Assembly: GCF_009914755.1 (NCBI RefSeq)
Contig: NC_060928.1
Reading direction: 5' to 3' (one strand)
Source: the human T2T-CHM13v2.0 reference genome, Homo sapiens
DNA length: 64,000 nt
Positions 15,285 to 27,574 of the stretch are shown here, piece after piece. The position numbers and the translations under genes were made by a program. Position 1 is the first letter of the stretch. Each line of letters begins with the position of its first letter. Under the pieces are notes generated by a model. The model worked only from the letters and a program-made list of their open reading frames with translations. It had not been told where the DNA came from and did no database searches.

Positions 15285-15495
15285 TTAGACTGCCTGCATA
15301 GAAATCCAGGTTCTGAAAATTTCTAGCTGTGTGATATTGATTAAGCTCTTTAACCTCCTTAACACTCAGATGTTTAATTTATAAATTGAAAAGGAAGACA
15401 TTACTTATCTCACTGGGTTACTGTAAAAAAGACAATAAAACAATCAAAATTGAAGTCAGACACATAGCTGTGCTCAGTAAATGTTTGCTATCATT
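15285..15495 (+). mobile_element. MIR
   Basis: Core 'aatccaggttctg...ctagctgtgtgatattgattaag...ctttaacctc' and end 'gtgctcagtaaatgtttgctatc'. Confidence 0.75.
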
Positions 15496-16774
15496 TTAAA
15501 AATCAGGTTGGGGTATAAAGGCTTATAAATTATTCATTTTTATGAGTTAAAGGTGATTCTACAGAAACTAATGCATCTGAAGTGCTGGAAATACAAACAA
15601 CAACAAAAAATTAGATCACTTGCAAATTACTGTTCACACATTATTTTTACAACAAGCTACAGTCCAAGTTATCATTTAGTATTGCCACGGTAAGCCAAAT
15701 AACTGCATCATCTGGATTCCAGGAAGGCAGACAAGCATGCCATTCTATCAAGGAAGTCAGCTGCTGATCATCCAACTAGAGTAGAACTTTAAATATTAAA
15801 CCAGTTTCAAAAGTAATGTTCCAGTTTATTTTAAAAAATCATATGTGTTTATGATAGGAGAAAACGGAAATAATGTTGGTGTCCTAAAGGAACTGAAGGC
15901 TTAAGTTTCCATAAAAATTACGTATATTGGTAGCAATGATAACGTGATGGTGGCCACAGAATGTTTATTCCTGAGAAGTAGGAGTAAAACTGTACTAGAC
16001 AGAACAGGTCAGATTAACTACTGTGAGTGCTATACAGAAACCAGCCTGAACCTCCCATTGTAGTGAAGAATTTGTGTGCACAGATATGTGATAATGTGCA
16101 TTTGAAACACTTGAATAATTGAATTGAAATATACAATCTGTACAATTTTTCAATAAATATTTTTATTATATTTAAATTAAAGTTGTATATTTGATAGATG
16201 GTCTACACCTAAAATAAATGAACTATAGTTTAAATAAATAAAAAAGTGTTAAGATTTCTAGAGTGGGGTCTATATTACATAATTATTGCAAATGTAACAA
16301 ATCTATGCATCTTTGAGATAGAGGTTCTGGTAGAGTACACTGGCAGGACTTCTCTTTATTTGAATGAAATGGGAAAATAGTCAAGAAGAATGTTTTAATA
16401 TATTACTATGTCACATCTACCTACGCAATTATTTTTATCATTTTGAACAAGCTGATCTAAACCAATTATTTAAAATGTGATCCTCTTTGCACACAATAAG
16501 TCTGATGACTAAAAAGTGAAAAGGAACCCCAAAATGCTAACATACTTTCTGCAATTTTCATGTTAGAGCACTGAGGTCAATTTGACTCTTGCATAGGGAT
16601 TTTAAGTGATATGAATTACATTAACCAAGTCAATCCAATAATTTTTAGGTCCTTATTTGCATATTTGTAAATAGATACATTATAACTAATAGATAAAGGT
16701 GTAATTCTGTGTTGATCTATGACCCCACTTATATTCACCATTGATTGTAAATATTTGTGAATTAGTAAAAAGTA

Positions 16775-17090
16775 CCTGGACATGGAAGGGTCAGACATGA
16801 GTTTCAGTCCTATCTCTGTTATCGTCTGGCTTCATGCTTCAGTAAGTTATTTTTCTTTCTGATATTTATAAGAAAAAATACTCATCAAGAGCTGACTTTT
16901 TTGCAAGCTCTGTTATAAGCATGTATCTTAGTATATATTTGATCATTTTATATTCACAATTATGATAACAGGGATGTATTATATATAGGTGGGGAAATTA
17001 AAGCACATGTAACAATGAAGTATTGTGTCCCAAAACTCTCATAAGTAGTGGAAAGATTTTTTTAATTACCCTATCTGGCTCATTTAATGA
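16775..17090. mobile_element. Two degraded MIR fragments (plus ~16775-16870, minus ~16880-17090)
   Basis: 'tcagacatgagtttcagtcctatctctg' and 'ataggtggggaaattaaagcaca'. Confidence 0.5.
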
Positions 17091-18859
17091 GTCAGAAAAC
17101 TGAACAGTAGACAAATTAAGCAGGTAGCAAGAAAATGGACCTGAAATCAGATAATTAAGTATCCAATGAAATGTGAATAATTGTCTTTAATTCTTAGGAG
17201 TCTCATAGAAAAATAGGAGAGCTTAGAATTAGTAAGATAAAAGCAATAATATGAAAAAGGAAACACCATTACAAAATAGATTTTATGTTTTTATTTTTAT
17301 TTAGTTTTAATTACTTATGATAATATTTCATAATGTATCAATTAATGTTCTGTAGCATAGTGTATAAATTTAATAAAGTTCAGAATACAAAAATTTCAAG
17401 TAACAAAAAGCTATTAATTATTTTAAGAGAAATGAGATAGTTCATTTTTTTGAGATAGAGGATTTAGCATGAAGATTAGTTGAAATTAAAATAATTAAGT
17501 TCCAACATATTTTAATTAAAATGTTATGTGCATTTATTAAGCATTTACTCATAATGTATTTTAAGAATTTATTCTTTATTTAAACAGCTTATCAGATACT
17601 ATATACACATAGGAATATGGGAGTTAAATCACAGTAGACAAAAAGGAAAATCGTCAGAAGACAGTATTTCAAGAGTCACAAAGAAACTGTATAGACAGAT
17701 TGTTGTAAAAAAACTAACATTGTAAGATTTATTGTCTTTATATTATTCCTTTTATTTTCAGATGGTATGAGAGAATAAAAACTAAATTTTATATAAATTT
17801 ACCTGAAACAAATGGTATATTCCTGAACAGTGCAGTACATACAATTCCATATACAAACATGTATTTTTTTATTTCCTCCTTGGCCCTCTTTAAAGTACAA
17901 TATGAACAATGTCAACTCTTCTCTGTCTGCTAAAAATGTATTTTTGTATAAAATATTTATAAGAATGAATGTAGGAAATCATGCAGGGAATAGTTGATTT
18001 AGATAGACAAGTTTTGGAAGATATAGATTAAGCTGATTGGTGAGAAATGAAAGAGAATGCATGAATAGAGGGTAGATGATAAAGGATGATGGTTAAGAAC
18101 ACTGAAAATTTGTGTATTGAACTACTCAGTGTGTTAAAAGAAAGAAAATATGAAGATTATATCACCTAGGAGAGAACATAAGATGGTCTGAGTGTCAAAA
18201 ATGTAGCACACTTTGCAGAGTGCTTTGCAGTAGCAATGTGAGTGGCATAAAATCATAAAATAAATAAAATGTTGCTAAACCTCCTGCTCCATTCTTACTG
18301 AGACCTCTAAGAAAGTAATTAGCCTTTTCAGATGTGTGGGAAAAGAAGTATCCTGGAGGAGAGTCAGATTTAGTACAAGCAATTAGTGGAATGGCACTGG
18401 GAAAAGGAATGGGATGTTCACAATTTCAGGATGGATTGAAGGTTCCAGATGGCACAGTGCAGCAAAATGAGAAAGAAATGGTGCAATAAAAGTATAGGCA
18501 AGAGTAACCATATTGTTTATCAGAAGATGATGAACTGAGGGTTTCCGTTTTAAGTTGTGGACTAAGATGGCAGGAATGATGCAGCATAAATTTGGAAATA
18601 TATGCCATAACTGGAAGAAAATTCAGATCATGTGACAGAAGCCCCAGGAATATGACAGCCATTGGCCTCTTCAGTATTTGGCAGCCTTTCCTCAGATGCA
18701 AATGGAGAAGTAGCCCCAGATTGAAAGGAAACATAAGTGATCACCTTGTGAAAGAGTGCTAAGGCCATTAAATAAGAAAACATATTTGCAAATGCTTGGT
18801 TGATTAGAACAAAAAATATCTATTCCCAGAAGGAAGCAGGGTGGAACGGTAGGCATATT

Positions 18860-19130
18860 GCAGTCAAAGCCTGAGGAGTTGGGTATTCAACCAACAGTTA
18901 CTAGCCATGCAATCTTGGGAACATTATTTAAAACTTCCTGAGTTCAGTCCTTATTTCTAAAATGTAGATAAAACCAGCATGGCACGTGTATACCTATGTC
19001 ACAAACCTGTGCGTTCTGCACATGTATCCCAGAAATTAAAGTAAAAAACAAAAACAAGAAACCTCATGGTGTTCCTGAGACAATTAAATGAGTTAACAAT
19101 GACAAAACACAGTAAGTTCTCAATAAGTAC
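18860..19130 (+). mobile_element. MIR interrupted by a tiny L1 3' fragment
   Basis: 'ttactagccatgcaatcttgggaacatt...ttctaaaatgtagata' resumes as 'cctcatggtgttcctgagacaattaaatgag'. Confidence 0.7.
18973..19060 (+). mobile_element. Extremely 5'-truncated L1PA 3' end (~85 bp)
   Basis: 'ccagcatggcacgtgtatacctatgtcacaaacctgtgcgttctgcacatgtatcccagaaattaaagt' plus an A-rich tail. Confidence 0.9.
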
Positions 19131-19158
19131 CAATCCCTATTCTCCGTGCTATGGTATT

Positions 19159-19570
19159 CTTTTTTTTAAATTTAATTTAATTTAATTTAATTTTTTTATT
19201 ATTATACTTTAAGTTTTAGGGTACATGTGCACAACGTGCAGGTTAGTTACATATGTATACATGTGCCATGTTGGTGTGCTGAACCCAGTAACTCGTCATT
19301 TAGCATTAGGTATATCTCCTAATGCTATCCCTCCCCCCTCCCCCCACCCCACAACAGGCCCCAGTGTGTGATGTTCCCCTTCCTGTGTCCATGTGTTCTC
19401 ATTGTTCAATTCCCACCTATGAGTGAGAACATGCCGTGTTTGGTTTTTTGTCCTTGTGATAGTTTGCTGAGAATGATGGTTTCCAGCTTCATCCATGTCC
19501 CTACAAAGGACATGAACTCATCCTTTTTTATGGCTGCATAGTATTGCATGGTGTATATGTGCCACATTTT
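19159..19570 (-). mobile_element. 5'-truncated L1PA (PA3-5-like) 3' end
   Basis: Reverse 3'UTR 'ttattatactttaagttttagggtacatgtgcacaacgtgcagg', C-tract and (tttaa)n tail. Confidence 0.95.
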
Positions 19571-19729
19571 TATGACATCTTATAAGTACCTTCTTCCTGA
19601 GCAAAATACCTCTGCATCTTGTAAGCATGATCAGCTTCCACTCTGCATCCTCTAAAATAAAATCATGCATTATCTCTTAGTGAACAGATTAAACATCACC
19701 TCTGTGTACTATCATAAAAGTTTCTCCTG

Positions 19730-20008
19730 GGCCAGGTGCGGTGGCTCACGCTTGTAATCCCAACACTTTAGGAGGCCGAGGTCAGGAGATCGAGACCATC
19801 CTGGCTAACACGGTGAAACCCCTTCTCCACTAAAAATACAAATAAATTAGCCAGGCGTGATGGCAGGCGCCTGTAGTCCCAGCTACTCAGGAGGCTGAGG
19901 CAGGACAATGGCGTGAACCTGGGAGGCGGAGCTTGCAGTGAGCCGAGAATGCGCCACTGCACTCTAGCCTGGACGACACAGCTAAACTCCGTCTCAAAAA
20001 AAAAAAAA
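19730..20008 (+). mobile_element. AluY-like element with a small left-arm deletion
   Basis: 'gagatcgagaccatcctggctaacacggtgaaacccc', poly-A tail. Perfect TSD aaaagtttctcctg (19716-19729 / 20009-20022). Confidence 0.97.
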
Positions 20009-20919
20009 AAAAGTTTCTCCTGAATGCTATTGTAGAACATATCACACTTTATTGCAATTATTTGCTTACAAGCATGTCTCACACGAAACAGTGGTTTTTT
20101 TAAGGATTCTGATGATATACCATACATATCTGAAATTTCCCGCTCATCACAAAGTACCTTAGAAATTGTATATTCTAAAACATTTAAGTAAATTGAATGA
20201 ACTAGGTATTTTCCAAGTCTCTAATTTTGAATAAAGACACTTGACTGACTTGTAGAGAACACAAAAAAATCAGCACTATAACTAAGTATACAGGGAATAC
20301 TGTGGAGAAATCCAGAATGATTGTCCTTCTCATAAATTTCTTGATTGGAAATTTCGAGGAAAACCTTTTATCACAATGTTAGAAAAGCAAGCCCACATTT
20401 ACATAATGGAATTGCTTTCATAAAGCAAAATATCTCTACATTGTAAATATCTAATCTGATAAAATAAGTTTATGTTATTAAAAATCCAACTAAAGAGTGT
20501 TGAAACTATTATTTGCTCTAACAGATGTTTTAAGTCATAGCATGACCAAATTAATTGATTATAAACTTTTAAGAAAATAAGAAACTGAAAGTTCATCAGT
20601 TTTGTAATTGAGAGTAAACTTTCACTATTACTTAGCCAACCTGCATGGCAATCCATTTTAAACTGTTCATTTCAAGAAAAAATAATATATATTTTTTTCT
20701 AAGTTAAATTTTTTATTTTATTTTTTGAGAGGTCTTAAAGTCTTGAAAAAAATAAACATCAATAGGTTCAGATAGGAAGGTCTCTGGATATCATTGGTGG
20801 CTTTAGGAATAGGTACTGATGTAGGATTTAAGAGCTGGGTGATGCAGGTCCTCTCCCTCGCCACTGTCTCTCCATATTGGGAATTCAGTTATTTTTTTTA
20901 TTTTTTTGCTTTACAAAAT

Positions 20920-21200
20920 TCTCATATTTCATTTTGGCTGATATTCACAACAAATTTTACAAAGTCAGTTTGGCATATATTCCTATCTCCCTTTTATAGG
21001 CAGGGAAACAGAGCACTGAAAAGACTGTACTTCTTGTCTATGGTGACATGGCACAATACAGCCCACTCTGCCTCCCAGGCTGTCCATGACCCAGCTGGAG
21101 CTGTCTCTCCAGTCCCATCTCAAACCATTCATTCCTTACTCACTGAGCTCCAGTCTCTGCTTGCATTTCTTCACGGCACTGGTTATCATCTGATATCACC
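20920..21200. mobile_element. MIR (minus, ~20920-21050) and L2 (plus, ~21060-21200) fragments
   Basis: 'atctcccttttataggcagggaaacagagcactg' and 'aggctgtccatgacccagc'. Confidence 0.55.
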
Positions 21201-21209
21201 TAATGCTTT

Positions 21210-21711
21210 TGCTGCTATAAAGACACATGCACACGTATGTTTATTGCGGTACTATTCACAATAGTAAAGACTTGGAATCAACCCAAATGTCCAACAATAA
21301 TAGACTGGATTAAGAAAATGTGGCACATATACACCATGGAATACTATGCAGCCATAAAAAATGATGAGTTCATGTCCTTTGTAGGGACATGGATGAAATT
21401 GGAAATCATCATTCTCAGTAAACTATCGCAAGAACAAAAAACCAAACACCACATATTCTCACTCATAGGTGGGAATTGAACAAGTAGAACACATGGACAC
21501 AGGAAGGGGAACATCACACTCTGGGGACTGTTGTGGGGTGGGGGGAGGGGGGAGGGATAGCTTGAGGAGATATACCTAACACTAAATGACGAGTTAATGG
21601 GTGCGGCACACCAGCATGACACATGTATACATATGTAACTAACCTGCACATTGTGCACATGTACCCTAAAACTTAAAGTATAACAATAATAAAATAAAAA
21701 AAGAAAAAAAA
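21210..21711 (+). mobile_element. 5'-truncated young L1 3' end (L1PA2/PA3-like)
   Basis: ORF2 C-terminus (…EIIILSKLSQEQKTKH…IGGN), 'aaattggaaatcatcattctcagtaaactatcgcaagaac', non-Ta 'GAG' in the 3'UTR, A tail. Confidence 0.95.
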
Positions 21712-23287
21712 TTAATCAGGGAGGACTACCGTCTATAATAAATAAACTACAAATGTTAGTGGAATATAAAAAAAAATTACATAAACATGCAATTTGAAAA
21801 TTTTGGAAAGTATATATTCTAGGTCCTGGGATACAGAAGCAAGCTGAGAGAGAAGCTCTGCTTTCATGGAGCTAATACTTTAGGGGATGAGAAAGATAAT
21901 AAACAAGAAAAAATAATATTTTTTAAAAAACGATGTATATATTATTATAAGGAGATTGCAAAAACACGTAGTTTGCCTTGCGCAGACTAATTTAGGATAA
22001 ATAAAGCAATTAATCTGAAAACACAGTGAGCATCTCTCAATTGAGTGACATAACCTATATGCAATATAGGTTGACTCGGCAACAGGATTTATATTTAGAA
22101 AACTTTCCAGTTTCATCAAAAGAATCACTTCTCTGAGAGTTATGTTTTATTCATTCAATGGTGTGCCAAAACCCTGATAATTTGGGATATTTAATTGCAT
22201 TGGTCCACTTACAAACAGCATGTGCAATTGAGCAACTGACAGTTGGTCTTTATTTATTTTAAGTTATTTTAGCAAAATGTTTGTAGATGTTGTACGAGGA
22301 TGTGTTGTATTTAAGTACAAGATTTGGATGGATATCTATATGCCCCCTGAGGCTCTGTCTTTGCCCAAACCACAATGAAAAAGGAATAATTTCAAATATC
22401 TATATTTTAAGCCCACAATGTTTGACCCAGTGGTAAATTAAAGAAAATTGGTGAATGAATAACTCCAAAATCAGTTTGAGGAACAAAGCTTTCTCGGCAT
22501 GAAGTATGAAATGTAGAGATCTTTTGCTTCATGAAAGCAGTTCCTTTATGTGAATGTAGCCTTGTTTTTTCAAACATTGTGATAAAAAGGCTATCTTTGA
22601 AATTTCCAGACAGTCAAGAAATTTGTGACAAGGACAATCATTCTAGATTTCTCCACAATGTCCACATTCAAATTAATCATACTCAATAAAATAATCCAAC
22701 ATGTGATTTGTAGGTCAGGGAACAAAACCAAGCATCAATATGGTAATAACTCATACTTTCCCCTGAAAAGCATTTGTTTTTCATTATTATTGAAAACATT
22801 TGTGTTAAAAATTATTTTAAGGTAAGCCTTTTCCAGACAGCTTATTATGTGGTTCTCTTAATTAAATAAGTAAACTTTAGACTTTTAGAAAAATTCAAAA
22901 AAAATCTTGTACGATTTTATGCTTTTGTGGAAGTTAATAAAAAATATTATTTTATAAAAATCACATAAAGATGCAACATCTATAGGTATGTGATGATCTC
23001 TAGAGTTGCATTTTCCTTTTAGTAAAACAAATAATGCAATTTTACTCCTCAACAAGTAGTCCATGTGTCTTCTCATATTATAACCTCTATTCCAGTTAGG
23101 ATGGGATTGGGCAAATGAACTGGGTGTGCCATTTGACTGTGTCACTCTCCAGAAGAAAGAGTTTTTAAGACTTGACTTCTTTTATTATTATTATTCTCAT
23201 TTACTGTTTTGACAAGATAGAGGCCACATGTTGAGACAGAGTAGATAGAGGTAGCCTAGACTACCTATATCACTAAGTGGAGATCCC

Positions 23288-24576
23288 TGTATTAGGATTC
23301 TTTAGAGGGACAAAACTAATAGGATAGATGTGTATATGAAGGGGAACCACTCCTGGTACCAAAATCTATATTAGTCAGGGTTCTCTAGAGGGAAAGAACT
23401 AATAGGAAAGATGTATATATGAAGGGAGTTTATTAAGGAGTATTGACTCACACGACCACAAGGTGAAGTCCCACAATAGGCTGTCTGCAAGCTGAGAAGC
23501 AAGGAAGCCAGTCTGACTCCCAAAACCTCAAAAGTAAGGAAGCCAACAGTGCAGCCTTCAGTCTGCCAGGTCTGTCCTGCAGACTCTGGCCAACCGACGG
23601 ATGGAAGGAGTACTCAGACACAGGTATGCAGTGTAAAAGCAGCTAGGGGACTGCCTGGTTCTAGTGGCCAAAGTGCAGCAGCCCCAAGAAGCTGGAGCTG
23701 CTTGCTTTTATTCAGTGCAGGCATAATGCTGAAAGCCTGGAGCACAAACAACCTGTAGGTAACTAACATTGATTATTCCCCTTTCAGGGAATGTCATGCA
23801 CATGGATGATGAAAGGTCAGTTCCTGGTCAGCATAAGTAAACAAGCTGGTTCAAGATAAATTCCTCTACATTCCCTTGTACCTACTCCTTGCCCTCTGCC
23901 ACAGGCTTATAGAATGGCTACCTTCCCTGAAGCTTTGCAGAGCCTTCTGACCTTTGAGAAGGCCTGCTCCTTTCCCTATAGTTTCTCCCACCACTCTGAC
24001 TGATCTCCTACATCAGTCTGTGGCCAAAGGCCAAAGAGCTCCTGGCAAATCACTGGTGTTAAGTATGAGAGTTCAAAAGCTAAAGAACTTGGAATCTAAT
24101 GTTCGAGAGCAGGAAGCCTCCAACACAGGAGAAACATGAAGTCTGGAAGACTCAGCAACGCTGCTCTTTCCAACTTATTCTGCCTCCTTTATTCTACCCA
24201 CACTAGCAGCTGATTAGATGGTGCCCAACCAGATTGAGGGTGGGTCTGCCTCTCCTGGTCCACTGACTCGTAAGTGAATCTCCTTTGGCAAAACTCTCAC
24301 AGAAACACTCAGGAACAATACTTTGCATCCTTCAATCTGATCAAGTTGACAATATTAACCATCACAAGTCCACCCCTTGTCAACTTGAACCCATACATGT
24401 CTCCTGAAATCATACATAATCTTCAAATAAAGACAACAATAAGATCATAATTATGCCTAATGTAATTCAGCTATCCTTCATACAACTAGAAGTGCACTTA
24501 TCCTTAATCTAAATACTATTACATAAAGTTAACAACACTTAAATGCTGATATGAAGTCAATAAATCTTATGTCAAA
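23288..24576 (-). mobile_element. Rearranged ERVL: MLT2B-like LTR (23367-24366), PBS stub (23345-23366), extra LTR-end fragment (23288-23344) and 3' internal sequence (24367-24576)
   Basis: LTR ends 'tatattagtcagggttctctagaggg' and 'ttaaccatcaca'. The reverse of 'gattttggtaccaggagtggtt' lies on one side. The reverse of PPT 'caaggggtggact' lies on the other side and is homologous to 57070-57083. Confidence 0.88.
23564..24012 (-). mobile_element. Solo LTR22-like (HERV-K HML-5) nested in the MLT2B LTR
   Basis: Reverse strand starts tgtaggagatcagtcagagtggtgggagaaactatagggaaagg. Perfect 6-bp TSD tcagtc (23558-23563 / 24013-24018). Confidence 0.85.
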
Positions 24577-25089
24577 TCGGACATATGGAAGGAGTCTAGA
24601 CTGCCTAAATCACTGCGTGGAGAACTCCAACAAATCGCACCTGATTTTTTCATAAGGGATAGGTAATTTTTTCTGTTTTAAGGCACTGAATTGTCTCTTG
24701 TTACGTTGTTGTGACAGCTCAGTTTATTTACTCTTACTAATACACCTAGGGATATCCAAAGTTTGCTGGAATAATGAAACATAAGTTCGCATACCTACTA
24801 ATTTATGGAACTGTTTGATGAAAGTTGGTCTTCTGAATTTAAATCTTAAGCTTTTTTTACTTGCTCTTAAAGCAGTAGTAGAGTTGTGGAAGAAATGTGG
24901 TTATACTTCCAATCCTGAAGAGACTAATAATGCAAGAGAGCTGAGTTAATTGATGAAAAGTGGACTCAGAAGATTTGGTAAAGAATGAAGAAGAGGAATA
25001 TTAAAGGGCTTAGATTTTAAATAAAGGAACACCTTTTTATCTGTGCACAAATTAAAACAAGGAATAGTTGAAAATACACACACGCTACA

Positions 25090-25920
25090 GTAACATAAGG
25101 CCTAAAATTCTGTGAGCTGCCTTGACATTTTTGAGCCCTCAAATAACCCTAAAAGTCTAACCATGAGTTCCGATGTTACCACCAGTAATGTCCCCTAGCC
25201 TGTGGGAAAGACTCTCCACCAGACTACGTTCCCTATCATAAGAACCAGGCTTACCTCACCTAGTTTTTAGCCAAATAGGTTTTTGGGTTTTTTTTTCTTT
25301 TTTTGAGACATAGTCTCACTCTGTCACCAGGCTGGAGTGTAGTGGCATCATCTGGGCTCACTGCAACCTCCGCTCCTAGGTTCAAGCAATTCTCCTGCCT
25401 CAGCCTCCCAAGTAGCTGGGACTACAGACGTGTGCCACCAAGCCTGGCTCATTTTTTGTATTTTTAGCAGAGACGGGGTTTCACCATGCTGGCCAGGATG
25501 TTCTTGAACTCCAGAACTCGTGATCCACCCGCCTCAGCCTCCCAAAGTGCTGGGATTACAGGCATGAGCCACTGCACCCAGCCAACCAAATAGGTTTTAC
25601 TTGCCTGCCAGCCCATGAAATTTTCCACTCAAGGCAATCATACCCCCACTCAAGATACAGGGTGCAAACCAATGCCTTGTTATGACAAAGACTCCTTCTC
25701 ACAGTTCCTGCTGGCTCACTCTAATCCTAACTGCAACACTCTATGCCCCTGAGTGGCATGCAGTGGCCTCCTCCCCAGGCTATGAGCATATGTGACTGAT
25801 ACACTGCTCTCAATCTCATCTGTCCAATGTGGGTTTTTGTATGTTTGGCCATCTTATACCATTTAGGGCAAAGAAATTCCTTCTTCATCAACATTGTGAA
25901 TAGGAAGTGATCAGAATACG
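25090..25920 (+). mobile_element. Old solo LTR (MER76/MER77-like, family uncertain) interrupted by an Alu
   Basis: 'ggcctaaaattctgtgagctgccttgacat' near the start and 'ctcaatctcatctgtccaatgtggg...gtgaataggaagtgatc' near the end. Confidence 0.55.
25284..25583 (-). mobile_element. Alu (AluSg/Sc-like)
   Basis: Full Alu on the reverse strand. TSD ccaaataggtttt (25271-25283 / 25586-25598). Confidence 0.96.
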
Positions 25921-27574
25921 CAGACACACATGCACACACACACATATATTGGATCATGCTTATACAGAATTTAATCAACATCTTTAACAAATGAAGATAT
26001 CAAGATTAAGGATCATGAAGTCGGGGGGAAGAGAAATAGATGCTGCAGAAAGCATGAACAAGAGTTAAATAAAGGCAAACAAACTGAAAAAAAAAATCAC
26101 CTAGAAGCTTTTGGGCTGATGGGAAAGTGACTGTTTTCAGTAAGTATAAAGTTATTCTGGTAAAATTAAATTGTTTCATGTGATCCTCCAGCAATACTCA
26201 GCAGTACTCAAATAAGAAGAAATAAAATGAATGGTAAGATCTATTAATAGCTGGAGAGTGTTGAAATAGTTATAACAGAGGGACATTAAAAAAAACTGTC
26301 AAACTTGCCTTAAACACATGGAAACAAACATTATGAAATGTGTCATTTATTAGGGCTGCATTGTAACAAAAAGAAAAACTTATATTTTTGATGTAGATTG
26401 AGAATACACTGAAGGAGATATTATCATTTGCTAGGTAGTTCACATCCTGCCCTGTGTGTTTAAGAAGATAAACACATCCCCTCTAAATTTTGCACTTGCA
26501 ATGTTAAAAATACTTTCTTACATGAGCTCTAATATAAGTTTTCTCAAATTAATTGGTTTCACGGACTTTTGGGTAAATGCATTGTAATTCAAAATAGTAA
26601 TAGAGTTGAGTGCACTGAAATGAGCAAGCCCAAACAATACTGAGATTAGAAAAGTTTCAAAGTTATAATTATGTTTAGCAACAAGAGATAATACAGTGAA
26701 CAAAACCACTAAACTTATTTCCAAATGTGAGGGCAACAGTATAACAAATCATAACTGTATTCATAGCTTATGTATCTCTAAAGAACATTATGTTAATAAT
26801 CATTCATTTTCTCTGTCTGATTGTTTGAGCTCCTTCACACAATTCCTGCCTGGGAAACAGATGGACTTATATTTAAATAATTTTTATACTTGCTATATTT
26901 ATGTAGGCATGCTGAAATCTTTCTAAGGTTATAAGTTAAACAACCATCTCTAAATCTTTGGAGTATTAAATGGTAATTATAAATAAGGAATATTTATAAG
27001 CAACATCAGGAAACAAGTTTAACTCAAGTCCCTGTATTAAAATTGGCAAATTAATTCATTTATTTAAGCTTTTAGTTTATATGTATTTATATGGTAATAA
27101 AATAATGGCAAAACCTTAAAAGCGGAGTAAATATGAGGCATACAGAAGTGAGATGATGGGCTGAGTGTTACCACTTATGCCTCTTTAATATGCTTGTATT
27201 AAAACAACTAAAAAACTAACGATAAACCTGTCATGTCAGAACAGCAGCATTACTTTAAGTCAGACAACTTTAGGAAGCAGAATTATACTAGGATTTAGAT
27301 TTCCCATGGGAATGTATGGTAGCAATCATTTAGGTTGAACACATAGACTGTTTCATAAGTTTCAAGCATCTCCACAGTATTCTAATACCATCTATGTAAA
27401 CCCCACTCTGCAGTATATCAGTGAAATATTACAGCTGTATATGGAAGAATTCTGGTGTTCCTAAGATGCTTATAAAAATGTTCAAGTGCTCTTGTATACA
27501 GGTAGATATCATAATAAAGTGTTACCAGTTCTTGAAGCCATTTCTGGAGGTATTTATAAAGAGTCTTAGATCCT

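Larger units (their letters stand above)
23215..24743 (+). mobile_element. Old MLT1 (H/I/J-like) LTR split by an ERVL insert (pieces ~23215-23287 and ~24580-24743)
   Basis: 'gaggccacatgttgaga' on the left. On the right 'ggaaggagtctaga...ctgttttaaggcactga...ttactaataca', the LTR end. Confidence 0.6.

Noticed and set aside
20794-21264. 156-aa ORF
   Set aside because: It is a chance read-through of MIR, L2 and L1 fragments with a TTG start and no recognisable domain.
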